Below are positions 1 through 14,800 of a stretch of DNA of 64,000 bases, piece by piece. The stretch spans positions 18,600,001 through 18,664,000 of the forward strand of contig OZ059896.1 of assembly GCA_964057225.1 (NCBI GenBank), given 5' to 3'. The number at the start of each line of letters is the position of its first letter. Within the stretch, counting starts at the first letter, position 1. Below the pieces are notes generated by a model that saw only the letters and a list, made by a program, of their open reading frames with translations, made no database searches and was not told the DNA's origin. Source of the stretch: Auanema rhodensis. Lineage: Eukaryota > Animalia > Nematoda. The translations under genes were made by a program, and so were the position numbers.

Positions 1-97
1 AGGTACTAAAATAAAAGTATTATTTCATATTATTATTTTTTCAGACCAAGAATCGATAAAAAATATCAACTACATTTTAGTGAGTTACTGGGTTGGG

Positions 98-106
98 TTA
101 TACAAA
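98..106 (+). promoter_or_regulatory. TATA-like element ~30 bp upstream of the tRNA (possible TFIIIB site), present in most units
   Basis: TTATACAAA at about -35 to -27 from the mature 5' end. The position fits but function is inferred. Confidence 0.35.
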
Positions 107-132
107 TTGTCTAATTTGAATGCGATTTAGAT

Positions 133-205
133 GGCCTTGTGGCCTAATGGATAAGGCGTCGGATTTCGGATCCGAAGATTGTAGGTTCGAGTCCTGCCAG
201 GGTCG
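133..205 (+). tRNA. tRNA-Arg(UCG), first copy (C32>T variant)
   Basis: Same cloverleaf; anticodon loop reads TT TCG GA. The same variant occurs in the copy at 3522. Confidence 0.93.
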
Positions 206-208
206 TTA

Positions 209-214
209 TTTTTT
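209..214 (+). terminator. RNA polymerase III terminator (T6), present in every unit
   Basis: TTATTTTTT directly follows the discriminator base. Confidence 0.9.
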
Positions 215-509
215 GTTTCAAAACAATCAATACCTGATAGTTTACATGTTTTATTCTGTATTATCTCATACAATTGAAAAAAATACTAGCAATAAAACAA
301 ATGCAGTGATAATATTCTCGAAAATGTTTCTATACAGAGTGAGAAAATATCTACAATTTCCCGAAGGTTTTCTCATAAGGTACTAAAATAAAAGTATTAT
401 TTCATATTATTATTTTTTCAGACCTAGAATCGATAAAAAAAATCAACTACATTTTAGTGAGTTACTGGGTTGGGTTATACAAATTGTCTAATTTGAATGC
501 GATTTACAT

Positions 510-582
510 GGCCTTGTGGCCTAATGGATAAGGCGTCGGACTTCGGATCCGAAGATTGTAGGTTCGAGTCCTGCCAGGGTCG
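510..582 (+). tRNA. tRNA-Arg(UCG), consensus copy representative of ~144 in the window
   Basis: 73-nt cloverleaf. Acceptor GGCCTTG/CAGGGTC plus G73; D arm GCCT/AGGC; anticodon arm TCGGA-CT TCG GA-TCCGA; T arm GTAGG-TTCGAGT-CCTGC. A box TGGCCTAATGG, B box GGTTCGAGTCC. No encoded CCA, no intron. Confidence 0.97.
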
Positions 583-3500
583 TTATTTTTTGTTTCAAAA
601 CTATCAATACCTGATAGTTTACATGTTTTATTCTGTATTATCTCATACAATTGAAAAAAATACTAGCAGTAAAACAAATGCAGTGATAATATTCTCGAAA
701 ATGTTCCTATTCAGAGTGAGAAAGTATCAAAAATTTCCCGAAAGTTTTCTCATAAGGTACTAAAATAAAAGTATTATTTCATATTATTATTTTTTCAGAC
801 CTAGAATCGATAAAAAAAATCAACTACATTTTAGTGAGTTACTGGGTTGGGTTATACAAATTGTCTAATTTGAATGCGATTTAGATGGCCTTGTGGCCTA
901 ATGGATAAGGCGTCGGACTTCGGATCCAAAGATTGTAGGTTCGAGTCCTACCAGGGTCGTTATTTTTTGTTTTAAAAAAATCATTACCTGATAGTTTACA
1001 TGTTTTATTCTGTATTATCTCATACAATTGAAAAAATACTAGCAGTAAAACAAATGCAGTGATAATATTCTCGAAAATGTTCCTATTCAGAGTGAGAAAG
1101 TATCAAAAATTTCCCGAAAGTTTTCTCATAAGGTACTAAAATAAAAATATTATTTCATATTATTATTTTTTCAGACCTAGAATCGATAAAAAATATCAAC
1201 TACATTTTAGTGAGTTACTGGGTTGGGTTATACAAAATGTCTAATTAGAATGCGATTTAGATGGCCTTGTGGCCTAATGGATAAGGCGTCGGACTTCGGA
1301 TCCGAAGATTGTAGGTTCGAGTCCTACCAGGGTCGTTATTTTTTGTTTTAAAAAAATCATTACCTGATAGTTTACATGTTTTATTCTGTATTATATCATA
1401 CAATTGAAAAAAATACTAGCAGTAAAACAAATGCAGTGATATTATTCTCGAGAATGTTCCTATTCAGAGTGAGAAAATATCAAAAATTTTCCGAAGGTTT
1501 TCTCATAAGGTACTAAAATAAAAGTATTATTTCATATTATTATTTTTTCAGACCTAGAATCGATAAAAAAATCAACTACATTTTAGTGAGTTACTGGGTT
1601 GGGTTATACAAATTGTCTAATTTGAATGCGATTTACATGGCCTTGTGGCCTAATGGATAAGGCGTCGGACTTCGGATCCGAAGATTGTAGGTTCGAGTCC
1701 TGCCAGGGTCGTTATTTTTTGTTTCAAAAAAATCATTACCTGATAGTTTACATGTTTTATTCTGTATTATCTCATACAATTGAAAAAAATACTAGCAGTA
1801 AAACAAATGCAGTGATAATATTCTCGAAAATGTTCCTATTCAGAGTGAGAAAGTATCAAAAATTTCCCGAAAGATTTCTCATAAGGTACTAAAATAAAAA
1901 TATTATTTCATATTATAATTTTTTCAGACCTAGAATCGATAAAAAATATCAACTACATTTTAGTGAGTTACTGGGTTGGGTTATACAAATTGTCTAATTA
2001 GAATGCGATTTACATGGCCTTGTGGCCTAATGGATAAGGCGTCGGACTTCGGATCCGATGATTGTAGGTTCGAGTCCTGCCAGGGTCGTTATTTTTTGTT
2101 TCAAAACAATCATTACCTGATAGTTTACATGTTTTATTCTGTATTATCTCATACAATTGAAAAAAATACTAGCAGTAAAACAAATGCAGTGATATTATTC
2201 TCGAGAATGTTCCTATTCAGAGTGAGAAAATATCAAAAATTTTCCGAAGGTTTTCTCATAAGGTACTAAAATAAAAGTATTATTTCATATTATTATTTTT
2301 TCAGACCTAGAATCGATAAAAAAATCAACTACATTTTAGTGAGTTACTGGGTTGGGTTATACAAATTGTCTAATTTGAATGCGATTTACATGGCCTTGTG
2401 GCCTAATGGATAAGGCGTCGGACTTCGGATCCGAAGATTGTAGGTTCGAGTCCTGCCAGGGTCGTTATTTTTTGTTTCAAAACAATCAATACCTGATAGT
2501 TTACATGTTTTATTCTGTATTATCTCATACAATTGAAAAAAATACTAGCAATAAAACAAATGCAGTGATAATATTCTCGAAAATGTTTCTATACAGAGTG
2601 AGAAAATATCTACAATTTCCCGAAGGTTTTCTCATAAGGTACTAAAATAAAAGTATTATTTCATATTATTATTTTTTCAGACCTAGAATCGATAAAAAAA
2701 ATCAACTACATTTTAGTGAGTTACTGGGTTGGGTTATACAAATTGTCTAATTTGAATGCGATTTAGATGGCCTTGTGGCCTAATGGATAAGGCGTCGGAC
2801 TTCGGATCCGAAGATTGTAGGTTCGAGTCCTACCAGGGTCGTTATTTTTTGTTTTAAAAAAATCATTACCTGATAGTTTACATGTTTTATTCTGTATTAT
2901 ATCATACAATTGAAAAAAATACTAGCAGTAAAACAAATGCAGTGATATTATTCTCGAGAATGTTCCTATTCAGAGTGAGAAAATATCTACAATTTCCCGA
3001 AGGTTTTCTCATAAGGTACTAAAATAAAAGTATTATTTCATATTATTATTTTTTCAGACCTAGAATCGATAAAAAAATCAACTACATTTTAGTGAGTTAC
3101 TGGGTTGGGTTATACAAATTGTCTAATTTGAATGCGATTTACATGGCCTTGTGGCCTAATGGATAAGGCGTCGGACTTCGGATCCGAAGATTGTAGGTTC
3201 GAGTCCTGCCAGGGTCGTTATTTTTTGTTTTAAAAAAATCATTACCTGATAGTTAACATGTTTTATTCTGTATTATATCATACAATTGAAAAAAATACTA
3301 GCAGTAAAACAAATGCAGTGATATTATTCTCGAGAATGTTCCTATTCAGAGTGAGAAAATATCAAAAATTTTCCGAAGGTTTTCTCATAAGGTACTAAAA
3401 TAAAAGTATTATTTCATATTATTATTTTTTCAGACCAAGAATCGATAAAAAATATCAACTACATTTTAGTGAGTTACTGGGTTGGGTTATACAAATTGTC

Positions 3501-4060
3501 TAATTTGAATGCGATTTAGATGGCCTTGTGGCCTAATGGATAAGGCGTCGGATTTCGGATCCGAAGATTGTAGGTTCGAGTCCTGCCAGGGTCGTTATTT
3601 TTTGTTTCAAAACAATCAATACCTGATAGTTTACATGTTTTATTCTGTATTATCTCATACAATTGAAAAAAATACTAGCAATAAAACAAATGCAGTGATA
3701 ATATTCTCGAAAATGTTTCTATACAGAGTGAGAAAATATCTACAATTTCCCGAAGGTTTTCTCATAAGGTACTAAAATAAAAGTATTATTTCATATTATT
3801 ATTTTTTCAGACCTAGAATCGATAAAAAAAATCAACTACATTTTAGTGAGTTACTGGGTTGGGTTATACAAATTGTCTAATTTGAATGCGATTTACATGG
3901 CCTTGTGGCCTAATGGATAAGGCGTCGGACTTCGGATCCGAAGATTGTAGGTTCGAGTCCTGCCAGGGTCGTTATTTTTTGTTTCAAAACTATCAATACC
4001 TGATAGTTTACATGTTTTATTCTGTATTATCTCATACAATTGAAAAAAATACTAGCAGTA

Positions 4061-4240
4061 AAACAAATGCAGTGATAATATTCTCGAAAATGTTCCTATT
4101 CAGAGTGAGAAAGTATCAAAAATTTCCCGAAAGTTTTCTCATAAGGTACTAAACAAATGCAGTGATAATATTCTCGAAAATGTTCCTATTCAGAGTGAGA
4201 AAGTATCAAAAATTTCCCGAAAGTTTTCTCATAAGGTACT
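4061..4240 (+). repeat. 90-bp direct tandem duplication in one spacer (467-bp unit)
   Basis: 4061-4150 is identical to 4151-4240 (AAACAAATGC...ATAAGGTACT). Confidence 0.95.
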
Positions 4241-5831
4241 AAAATAAAAATATTATTTCATATTATTATTTTTTCAGACCTAGAATCGATAAAAAATATC
4301 AACTACATTTTAGTGAGTTACTGGGTTGGGTTATACAAATTGTCTAATTAGAATGCGATTTACATGGCCTTGTGGCCTAATGGATAAGGCGTCGGACTTC
4401 GGATCCGAAGATTGTAGGTTCGAGTCCTGCCAGGGTCGTTATTTTTTGTTTCAAAACAATCAATACCTGATAGTTTACATGTTTTATTCTGTATTATCTC
4501 ATACAATTGAAAAAAATACTAGCAATAAAACAAATGCAGTGATAATATTCTCGAAAATGTTTCTATACAGAGTGAGAAAATATCTACAATTTCCCGAAGG
4601 TTTTCTCATAAGGTACTAAAATAAAAGTATTATTTCATATTATTATTTTTTCAGACCTAGAATCGATAAAAAAAATCAACTACATTTTAGTGAGTTACTG
4701 GGTTGGGTTATACAAATTGTCTAATTTGAATGCGATTTAGATGGCCTTGTGGCCTAATGGATAAGGCGTCGGACTTCGGATCCAAAGATTGTAGGTTCGA
4801 GTCCTACCAGGGTCGTTATTTTTTGTTTTAAAAAAATCATTACCTGATAGTTTACATGTTTTATTCTGTATTATCTCATACAATTGAAAAAATACTAGCA
4901 GTAAAACAAATGCAGTGATAATATTCTCGAAAATGTTCCTATTCAGAGTGAGAAAGTATCAAAAATTTCCCGAAAGTTTTCTCATAAGGTACTAAAATAA
5001 AAATATTATTTCATATTATTATTTTTTCAGACCTAGAATCGATAAAAAATATCAACTACATTTTAGTGAGTTACTGGGTTGGGTTATACAAAATGTCTAA
5101 TTAGAATGCGATTTAGATGGCCTTGTGGCCTAATGGATAAGGCGTCGGACTTCGGATCCGAAGATTGTAGGTTCGAGTCCTACCAGGGTCGTTATTTTTT
5201 GTTTTAAAAAAATCATTACCTGATAGTTTACATGTTTTATTCTGTATTATATCATACAATTGAAAAAAATACTAGCAGTAAAACAAATGCAGTGATATTA
5301 TTCTCGAGAATGTTCCTATTCAGAGTGAGAAAATATCAAAAATTTTCCGAAGGTTTTCTCATAAGGTACTAAAATAAAAGTAATATTTCATATTATTATT
5401 TTTTCAGACCTAGAATCGATAAAAAAATCAACTACATTTTAGTGAGTTACTGGGTTGGGTTATACAAATTGTCTAATTTGAATGCGATTTACATGGCCTT
5501 GTGGCCTAATGGATAAGGCGTCGGACTTCGGATCCGAAGATTGTAGGTTCGAGTCCTGCCAGGGTCGTTATTTTTTGTTTCAAAAAAATCATTACCTGAT
5601 AGTTTACATGTTTTATTCTGTATTATCTCATACAATTGAAAAAAATACTAGCAGTAAAACAAATGCAGTGATAATATTCTCGAAAATGTTCCTATTCAGA
5701 GTGAGAAAGTATCAAAAATTTCCCGAAAGTTTTCTCATAAGGTACTAAAATAAAAATATTATTTCATATTATAATTTTTTCAGACCTAGAATCGATAAAA
5801 AATATCAACTACATTTTAGTGAGTTACTGGG

Positions 5832-8800
5832 TTGGGTTATACAAATTGTCTAATTAGAATGCGATTTACATGGCCTTGTGGCCTAATGGATAAGGCGTCG
5901 GACTTCGGATCCGATGATTGTAGGTTCGAGTCCTGCCAGGGTCGTTATTTTTTGTTTCAAAACAATCATTACCTGATAGTTTACATGTTTTATTCTGTAT
6001 TATCTCATACAATTGAAAAAAATACTAGCAGTAAAACAAATGCAGTGATATTATTCTCGAGAATGTTCCTATTCAGAGTGAGAAAATATCAAAAATTTTC
6101 CGAAGGTTTTCTCATAAGGTACTAAAATAAAAGTATTATTTCATATTATTATTTTTTCAGACCTAGAATCGATAAAAAAATCAACTACATTTTAGTGAGT
6201 TACTGGGTTGGGTTATACAAATTGTCTAATTTGAATGCGATTTACATGGCCTTGTGGCCTAATGCATAAGGCGTCGGACTTCGGATCCGAAGATTGTAGG
6301 TTCGAGTCCTGCCAGGGTCGTTATTTTTTGTTTCAAAACAATCAATACCTGATAGTTTACATGTTTTATTCTGTATTATCTCATACAATTGAAAAAAATA
6401 CTAGCAATAAAACAAATGCAGTGATAATATTCTCGAAAATGTTTCTATACAGAGTGAGAAAATATCTACAATTTCCCGAAGGTTTTCTCATAAGGTACTA
6501 AAATAAAAGTATTATTTCATATTATTATTTTTTCAGACCTAGAATCGATAAAAAAAATCAACTACATTTTAGTGAGTTACTGGGTTGGGTTATACAAATT
6601 GTCTAATTTGAATGCGATTTAGATGGCCTTGTGGCCTAATGGATAAGGCGTCGGACTTCGGATCCGAAGATTGTAGGTTCGAGTCCTACCAGGGTCGTTA
6701 TTTTTTGTTTTAAAAAAATCATTACCTGATAGTTTACATGTTTTATTCTGTATTATATCATACAATTGAAAAAAATACTAGCAGTAAAACAAATGCAGTG
6801 ATATTATTCTCGAGAATGTTCCTATTCAGAGTGAGAAAATATCAAAAATTTTCCGAAGGTTTTCTCATAAGGTACTAAAATAAAAGTATTATTTCATATT
6901 ATTATTTTTTCAGACCTAGAATCGATAAAAAAATCAACTACATTTTAGTGAGTTACTGGGTTGGGTTATACAAATTGTCTAATTTGAATGCGATTTACAT
7001 GGCCTTGTGGCCTAATGGATAAGGCGTCGGACTTCGGATCCGAAGATTGTAGGTTCGAGTCCTGCCAGGGTCGTTATTTTTTGTTTCAAAAAAATCATTA
7101 CCTGATAGTTTACATGTTTTATTCTGTATTATCTCATACAATTGAAAAAAATACTAGCAGTAAAACAAATGCAGTGATAATATTCTCGAAAATGTTCCTA
7201 TTCAGAGTGAGAAAGTATCAAAAATTTCCCGAAAGTTTTCTCATAAGGTACTAAAATAAAAATATTATTTCATATTATTATTTTTTCAGACCTAGAATCG
7301 ATAAAAAATATCAACTACATTTTAGTGAGTTACTGGGTTGGGTTATACAAATTGTCTAATTAGAATGCGATTTACATGGCCTTGTGGCCTAATGGATAAG
7401 GCGTCGGACTTCGGATCCGATGATTGTAGGTTCGAGTCCTGCCAGGGTCGTTATTTTTTGTTTCAAAACAATCATTACCTGATAGTTTACATGTTTTATT
7501 CTGTATTATCTCATACAATTGAAAAAAATACTAGCAGTAAAACAAATGCAGTGATAATATTCTCGAAAATGTTCCTATTCAGAGTGAGAAAGTATCAAAA
7601 ATTTCCCGAAAGTTTTCTCATAAGGTACTAAAATAAAAGTATTATTTCATATTATTATTTTTTCAGACCTAGAATCGATAAAAAAAAATCAACTACATTT
7701 TAGTGAGTTACTGGGTTGGGTTATACAAATTGTCTAATTAGAATGCGATTTACATGGCCTTGTGGCCTAATGGATAAGGCGTCGGACTTCGGATCCGAAG
7801 ATTGTAGGTTCGAGTCCTGCCAGGGTCGTTATTTTTTGTTTCAAAACAATCAATACCTGATAGTTTACATGTTTTATTCTGTATTATCTCATACAATTGA
7901 AAAAAATACTAGCAATAAAACAAATGCAGTGATAATATTCTCGAAAATGTTTCTATACAGAGTGAGAAAATATCTACAATTTCCCGAAGGTTTTCTCATA
8001 AGGTACTAAAATAAAAGTTTTATTTCATATTATTATTTTTTCAGACCTAGAATCGATAAAAAAAATCAACTACATTTTAGTGAGTTACTGGGTTGGGTTA
8101 TACAAATTGTCTAATTTGAATGCGATTTAGATGGCCTTGTGGCCTAATGGATAAGGCGTCGGACTTCGGTTCCGAAGATTGTAGGTTCGAGTCCTACCAG
8201 GGTCGTTATTTTTTGTTTTAAAAAAATCATTACCTGATAGTTTACATGTTTTATTCTGTATTATATCATACAATTGAAAAAAATACTAGCAGTAAAACAA
8301 ATGCAGTGATATTATTCTCGAGAATGTTCCTATTCAGAGTGAGAAAATATCAAAAATTTTCCGAAGGTTTTCTCATAAGGTACTAAAATAAAAGTATTAT
8401 TTCATATTATTATTTTTTCAGACCTAGAATCGATAAAAAAATCAACTACATTTTAGTGAGTTACTGGGTTGGGTTATACAAATTGTCTAATTTGAATGCG
8501 ATTTACATGGCCTTGTGGCCTAATGGATAAGGCGTCGGACTTCGGATCCGAAGATTGTAGGTTCGAGTCCTGCCAGGGTCGTTATTTTTTGTTTCAAAAA
8601 AATCATTACCTGATAGTTTACATGTTTTATTCTGTATTATCTCATACAATTGAAAAAAATACTAGCAGTAAAACAAATGCAGTGATAATATTCTCGAAAA
8701 TGTTCCTATTCAGAGTGAGAAAGTATCAAAAATTTCCCGAAAGTTTTCTCATAAGGTACTAAAATAAAAATATTATTTCATATTATTATTTTTTCAGACC

Positions 8801-11800
8801 TAGAATCGATAAAAAATATCAACTACATTTTAGTGAGTTACTGGGTTGGGTTATACAAATTGTCTAATTAGAATGCGATTTACATGGCCTTGTGGCCTAA
8901 TGGATAAGGCGTCGGACTTCGGATCCGATGATTGTAGGTTCGAGTCCTGCCAGGGTCGTTATTTTTTGTTTCAAAACAATCATTACCTGATAGTTTACAT
9001 GTTTTATTCTGTATTATCTCATACAATTGAAAAAAATACTAGCAGTAAAACAAATGCAGTGATAATATTCTCGAAAATGTTCCTATTCAGAGTGAGAAAG
9101 TATCAAAAATTTCCCGAAAGTTTTCTCATAAGGTACTAAAATAAAAGTATTATTTCATATTATTATTTTTTCAGACCTAGAATCGATAAAAAAAAATCAA
9201 CTACATTTTAGTGAGTTACTGGGTTGGGTTATACAAATTGTCTAATTAGAATGCGATTTACATGGCCTTGTGGCCTAATGGATAAGGCGTCGGACTTCGG
9301 ATCCGAAGAATGTAGGTTCGAGTCCTGCCAGGGTCGTTATTTTTTGTTTCAAAAAAATCATTACCTGATAGTTTACATGTTTTATTCTGTATTATCTCAT
9401 ACAATTGAAAAAAATACTAGCAGTAAAACAAATGCAGTGATAATATTCTCGAAAATGTTCCTATTCAGAGTGAGAAAGTATCAAAAATTTCCCGAAAGTT
9501 TTCTCATAAGGTACTAAAATAAAAGTATTATTTCATATTATTATTTTTTCAGACCTAGAATCGATAAAAAAAAATCAACTACATTTTAGTGAGTTACTGG
9601 GTTGGGTTATACAAATTGTCTAATTAGAATGCGATTTACATGGCCTTGTGGCCTAATGGATAAGGCGTCGGACTTCGGATCCGAAGATTGTAGGTTCGAG
9701 TCCTGCCAGGGTCGTTATTTTTTGTTTTAAAAAAATCATTACCTGATAGTTTACATTTTTTATGCTGTATTATCTCATACAATTGAAAAAAATACTAGCA
9801 ATAAAACAAATGCAGTGATAATATTCTTGAAAATGTTCCTATTCAGAGTGAGAAAATATCTACAACTTCCCGAAGGTTTTCTCATAAGGTACTAAAATAA
9901 AAGTATTATTTCATATTATTATTTTTTCAGACCTAGAATCGATAAAAATATCAACTACATTTTAGTGAGTTACTGGGTTGGGTTATACAAATTGTCTAAT
10001 TAGAATGCGATTTACATGGCCTTGTGGCCTAATGGATAAGGCGTCGGACTTCGGATCCGAAGATTGTAGGTTCGAGTCCTGCCAGGGTCGTTATTTTTTG
10101 TTTCAAAACAATCATTACCTGATAGTTTACATGTTTTATTCTGTATTATCTCATACAATTGAAAAAAATACTAGCAGTAAAACAAATGCAGTGATATTAT
10201 TCTCGAGAATGTTCCTATTCAGAGTGAGAAAATATCAAAAATTTTCCGAAGGTTTTCTCATAAGGTACTAAAATAAAAGTATTATTTCATATTATTATTT
10301 TTTCAGACCTAGAATCGATAAAAAAATCAACTACATTTTAGTGAGTTACTGGGTTGGGTTATACAAATTGTCTAATTTGAATGCGATTTACATGGCCTTG
10401 TGGCCTAATGGATAAGGCGTCGGACTTCGGATCCGAAGATTGTAGGTTCGAGTCCTGCCAGGGTCGTTATTTTTTGTTTCAAAACAATCAATACCTGATA
10501 GTTTACATGTTTTATTCTGTACTATCTCATACAATTGAAAAAAATACTAGCAATAAAACAAATGCAGTGATAATATTCTCGAATATGTTCCTATACAGAG
10601 TGAGAAAATATCTACAATTTCCCGAAGGTTTTCTCATAAGGTACTAAAATAAAAGTATTATTTCATATTATTATTTTTTCAGACCTAGAATCGATAAAAA
10701 AAATCAACTACATTTTAGTGAGTTACTGGGTTGGGTTATACAAATTGTCTAATTTGAATGCGATTTAGATGGCCTTGTGGCCTAATGGATGAGGCGTCGG
10801 ACTTCGGATCCAAAGATTGTAGGTTCGAGTCCTACCAGGGTCGTTATTTTTTGTTTTAAAAAAATCATTACTTGATAGTTTACATGTTTTATTCTGTATT
10901 ATCTCATACAATTGAAAAAAATACTAGCAGTAAAACAAATGCAGTGATAATATTCTCGAAAATGTTCCTATTCAGAGTGAGAAAGTATCAAAAATTTCCC
11001 GAAAGTTTTCTCATAAGTTACTAAAATAAAAATATTATTTCATATTATTATTTTTTCAGACCTAGAATCGATAAAAAAATCAACTACATTTTAGTGAGTT
11101 ACTGGGTTGGGTTATACAAATTGTCTAATTTGAATGCGATTCACATGGCCTTGTGGCCTAATGCATAAGGCGTCGGACTTCGGATCCGAAGATTGTAGGT
11201 TCGAGTCCTGCCAGGGTCGTTATTTTTTGTTTCAAAACAATCAATACCTGATAGTTTACATGTTTTATTCTGTATTATCTCATACAATTGAAAAAAATAC
11301 TAGCAATAAAACAAATGCAGTGATAATATTCTCGAAAATGTTTCTATACAGAGTGAGAAAATATCTACAATTTCCCGAAGGTTTTCTCATAAGGTACTAA
11401 AATAAAAGTATTATTTCATATTATTATTTTTTCAGACCTAGAATCGATAAAAAAAATCAACTACATTTTAGTGAGTTACTGGGTTGGGTTATACAAATTG
11501 TCTAATTTGAATGCGATTTAGATGGCCTTGTGGCCTAATGGATAAGGCGTCGGACTTCGGATCCGAAGATTGTAGGCTCGAGTCCTACCAGGGTCGTTAT
11601 TTTTTGTTTTAAAAAAATCATTACCTGATAGTTTACATGTTTTATTCTGTATTATATCATACAATTGAAAAAAATACTAGCAGTAAAACAAATGCAGTGA
11701 TATTATTCTCGAGAATGTTCCTATTCAGAGTGAGAAAATATCAAAAATTTTCCAAAGGTTTTCTCATAAGGTACTAAAATAAAAGTATTATTTCATATTA

Positions 11801-14800
11801 TTATTTTTTCAGACCTAGAATCGATAAAAAAATCAACTACATTTTAGTGAGTTACTGGGTTGGGTTATACAAATTGTCTAATTTGAATGCGATTTACATG
11901 GCCTTGTGGCCTAATGGATAAGGCGTCGGACTTCGGATCCGAAGATTGTAGGTTCGAGTCCTGCCAGGGTCGTTATTTTTTGTTTCAAAAAAATCATTAC
12001 CTGATAGTTTACATGTTTTATTCTGTATTATCTCATACAATTGAAAAAAATACTAGCAGTAAAACAAATGCAGTGATAATATTCTCGAAAATGTTCCTAT
12101 TCAGAGTGAGAAAGTATCAAAAATTTCCCGAAAGTTTTCTCATAAGGTACTAAAATAAAAATATTATTTCATATTATTATTTTTTCAGACCTAGAATCGA
12201 TAAAAAATATCAACTACATTTTAGTGAGTTACTGGGTTGGGTTATACAAATTGTCTAATTAGAATGCGATTTACATGGCCTTGTGGCCTAATGGATAAGG
12301 CGTCGGACTTCGGATCCGATGATTGTAGGTTCGAGTCCTGCCAGGGTCGTTATTTTTTGTTTCAAAACAATCATTACCTGATAGTTTACATGTTTTATTC
12401 TGTATTATCTCATACAATTGAAAAAAATACTAGCAGTAAAACAAATGCAGTGATAATATTCTCGAAAATGTTCCTATTCAGAGTGAGAAAGTATCAAAAA
12501 TTTCCCGAAAGTTTTCTCATAAGGTACTAAAATAAAAGTATTATTTCATATTATTATTTTTTCAGACCTAGAATCGATAAAAAAAATCAACTACATTTTA
12601 GTGAGTTACTGGGTTGGGTTATACAAATTGTCTAATTAGAATGCGATTTACATGGCCTTGTGGCCTAATGGATAAGGCGTCGGACTTCGGATCCGAAGAT
12701 TGTAGGTTCGAGTCCTGCCAGGGTCGTTATTTTTTGTTTCAAAACAATCAATACCTGATAGTTTACTTGTTTTATTCTGTATTATCTCATACAATTGAAA
12801 AAAATACTAGCAATAAAACAAATGCAGTGATAATATTCTCGAAAATGTTTCTATACAGAGTGAGAAAATATCTACAATTTCCCGAAGGTTTTCTCATAAG
12901 GTACTAAAATAAAAGTTTTATTTCATATTATTATTTTTTCAGACCTAGAATCGATAAAAAAAATCAACTACATTTTAGTGAGTTACTGGGTTGGGTTATA
13001 CAAATTGTCTAATTTGAATGCGATTTAGATGGCCTTGTGGCCTAATGGATAAGGCGTCGGACTTCGGATCCGAAGATTGTAGGTTCGAGTCCTACCAGGG
13101 TCGTTATTTTTTGTTTTAAAAAAATCATTACCTGATAGTTTACATGTTTTATTCTGTATTATATCATACAATTGAAAAAAATACTAGCAGTAAAACAAAT
13201 GCAGTGATATTATTCTCGAGAATGTTCCTATTCAGAGTGAGAAAATATCAAAAATTTTCCGAAGGTTTTCTCATAAGGTACTAAAATAAAAGTATTATTT
13301 CATATTATTATTTTTTCAGACCTAGAATCGATAAAAAAATCAACTACATTTTAGTGAGTTACTGGGTTGGGTTATACAAATTGTCTAATTTGAATGCGAT
13401 TTACATGGCCTTGTGGCCTAATGGATAAGGCGTCGGACTTCGGATCCGAAGATTGTAGGTTCGAGTCCTGCCAGGGTCGTTATTTTTTGTTTCAAAAAAA
13501 TCATTACCTGATAGTTTACATGTTTTATTCTGTATTATCTCATACAATTGAAAAAAATACTAGCAGTAAAACAAATGCAGTGATAATATTCTCGAAAATG
13601 TTCCTATTCAGAGTGAGAAAGTATCAAAAATTTCCCGAAAGTTTTCTCATAAGGTACTAAAATAAAAATATTATTTCATATTATTATTTTTTCAGACCTA
13701 GAATCGATAAAAAAAATCAACTACATTTTAGTGAGTTACTAGGTTGGGTTATACAAATTGTCTAATTTGAATGCGATTTACATGGCCTTGTGGCCTAATG
13801 GATAAGGCGTCGGACTTCGGATCCGAAGATTGTAGGTTCGAGTCCTGCCAGGGTCGTTATTTTTTGTTTCAAAAAAATCATTACCTGATAGTTTACATGT
13901 TTTATTCTGTATTATCTCATACAATTGAAAAAAATACTAGCAGTAAAACAAATGCAGTGATAATATTCTCGAAAATGTTCCTATTCAGAGTGAGAAAGTA
14001 TCAAAAATTTCCCGAAAGTTTTCTCATAAGGTACTAAAATAAAAGTATTATTTCATATTATTATTTTTTCAGACCTAGAATCGATAAAAAAAAATCAACT
14101 ACATTTTAGTGAGTTACTGGGTTGGGTTATACAAATTGTCTAATTAGAATGCGATTTACATGGCCTTGTCGCCTAATGGATAAGGCGTCGGACTTCGGAT
14201 CCGAAGATTGTAGGTTCGAGTCCTGCCAGGGTCGTTATTTTTTGTTTTAAAAAAATCATTACCTGATAGTTTACATTTTTTATGCTGTATTATCTCATAC
14301 AATTGAAAAAAATACTAGCAATAAAACAAATGCAGTGATAATATTCTCGAAAATGTTCCTATTCAGAGTGAGAAAATATCTACAATTTCCCGAAGGTTTT
14401 CTCATAAGGTACTAAAATAAAAGTATTATTTCATATTATTATTTTTTCAGACCTAGAATCGATAAAAATATCAACTACATTTTAGTGAGTTACTGGGTTG
14501 GGTTATACAAATTGTCTAATTAGAATGCGATTTACATGGCCTTGTGGCCTAATGGATAAGGCGTCGGACTTCGGATCCGAAGATTGTAGGTTCGAGTCCT
14601 GCCAGGGTCGTTATTTTTTGTTTCAAAAAAATCATTACCTGATAGTTTACATGTTTTATTCTGTATTATCTCATACAATTGAAAAAAATACTAGCAGTAA
14701 AACAAATGCAGTGATAATATTCTCGAAAATGTTCCTATTCAGAGTGAGAAAATATCTACAATTTCCCGAAGGTTTTCTCATAAGGTACTAAAATAAAAGT

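Noticed and set aside
36-44. TTTTTTCAG resembling a nematode 3' splice or trans-splice acceptor in each unit
   Set aside because: There is no associated exon or donor, and it is expected by chance after a T-run. It is not enough to assign the host.
89-100. TGGGTTGGGTTA telomere-like or G-quadruplex motif in each spacer
   Set aside because: There are only two G-tracts per unit, and it is not a telomeric run.
133-500. tRNA-derived SINE
   Set aside because: The tRNA is full length with a paired acceptor stem and an immediate T6 terminator. There is no tail or TSD, and the arrangement is tandem, not dispersed.
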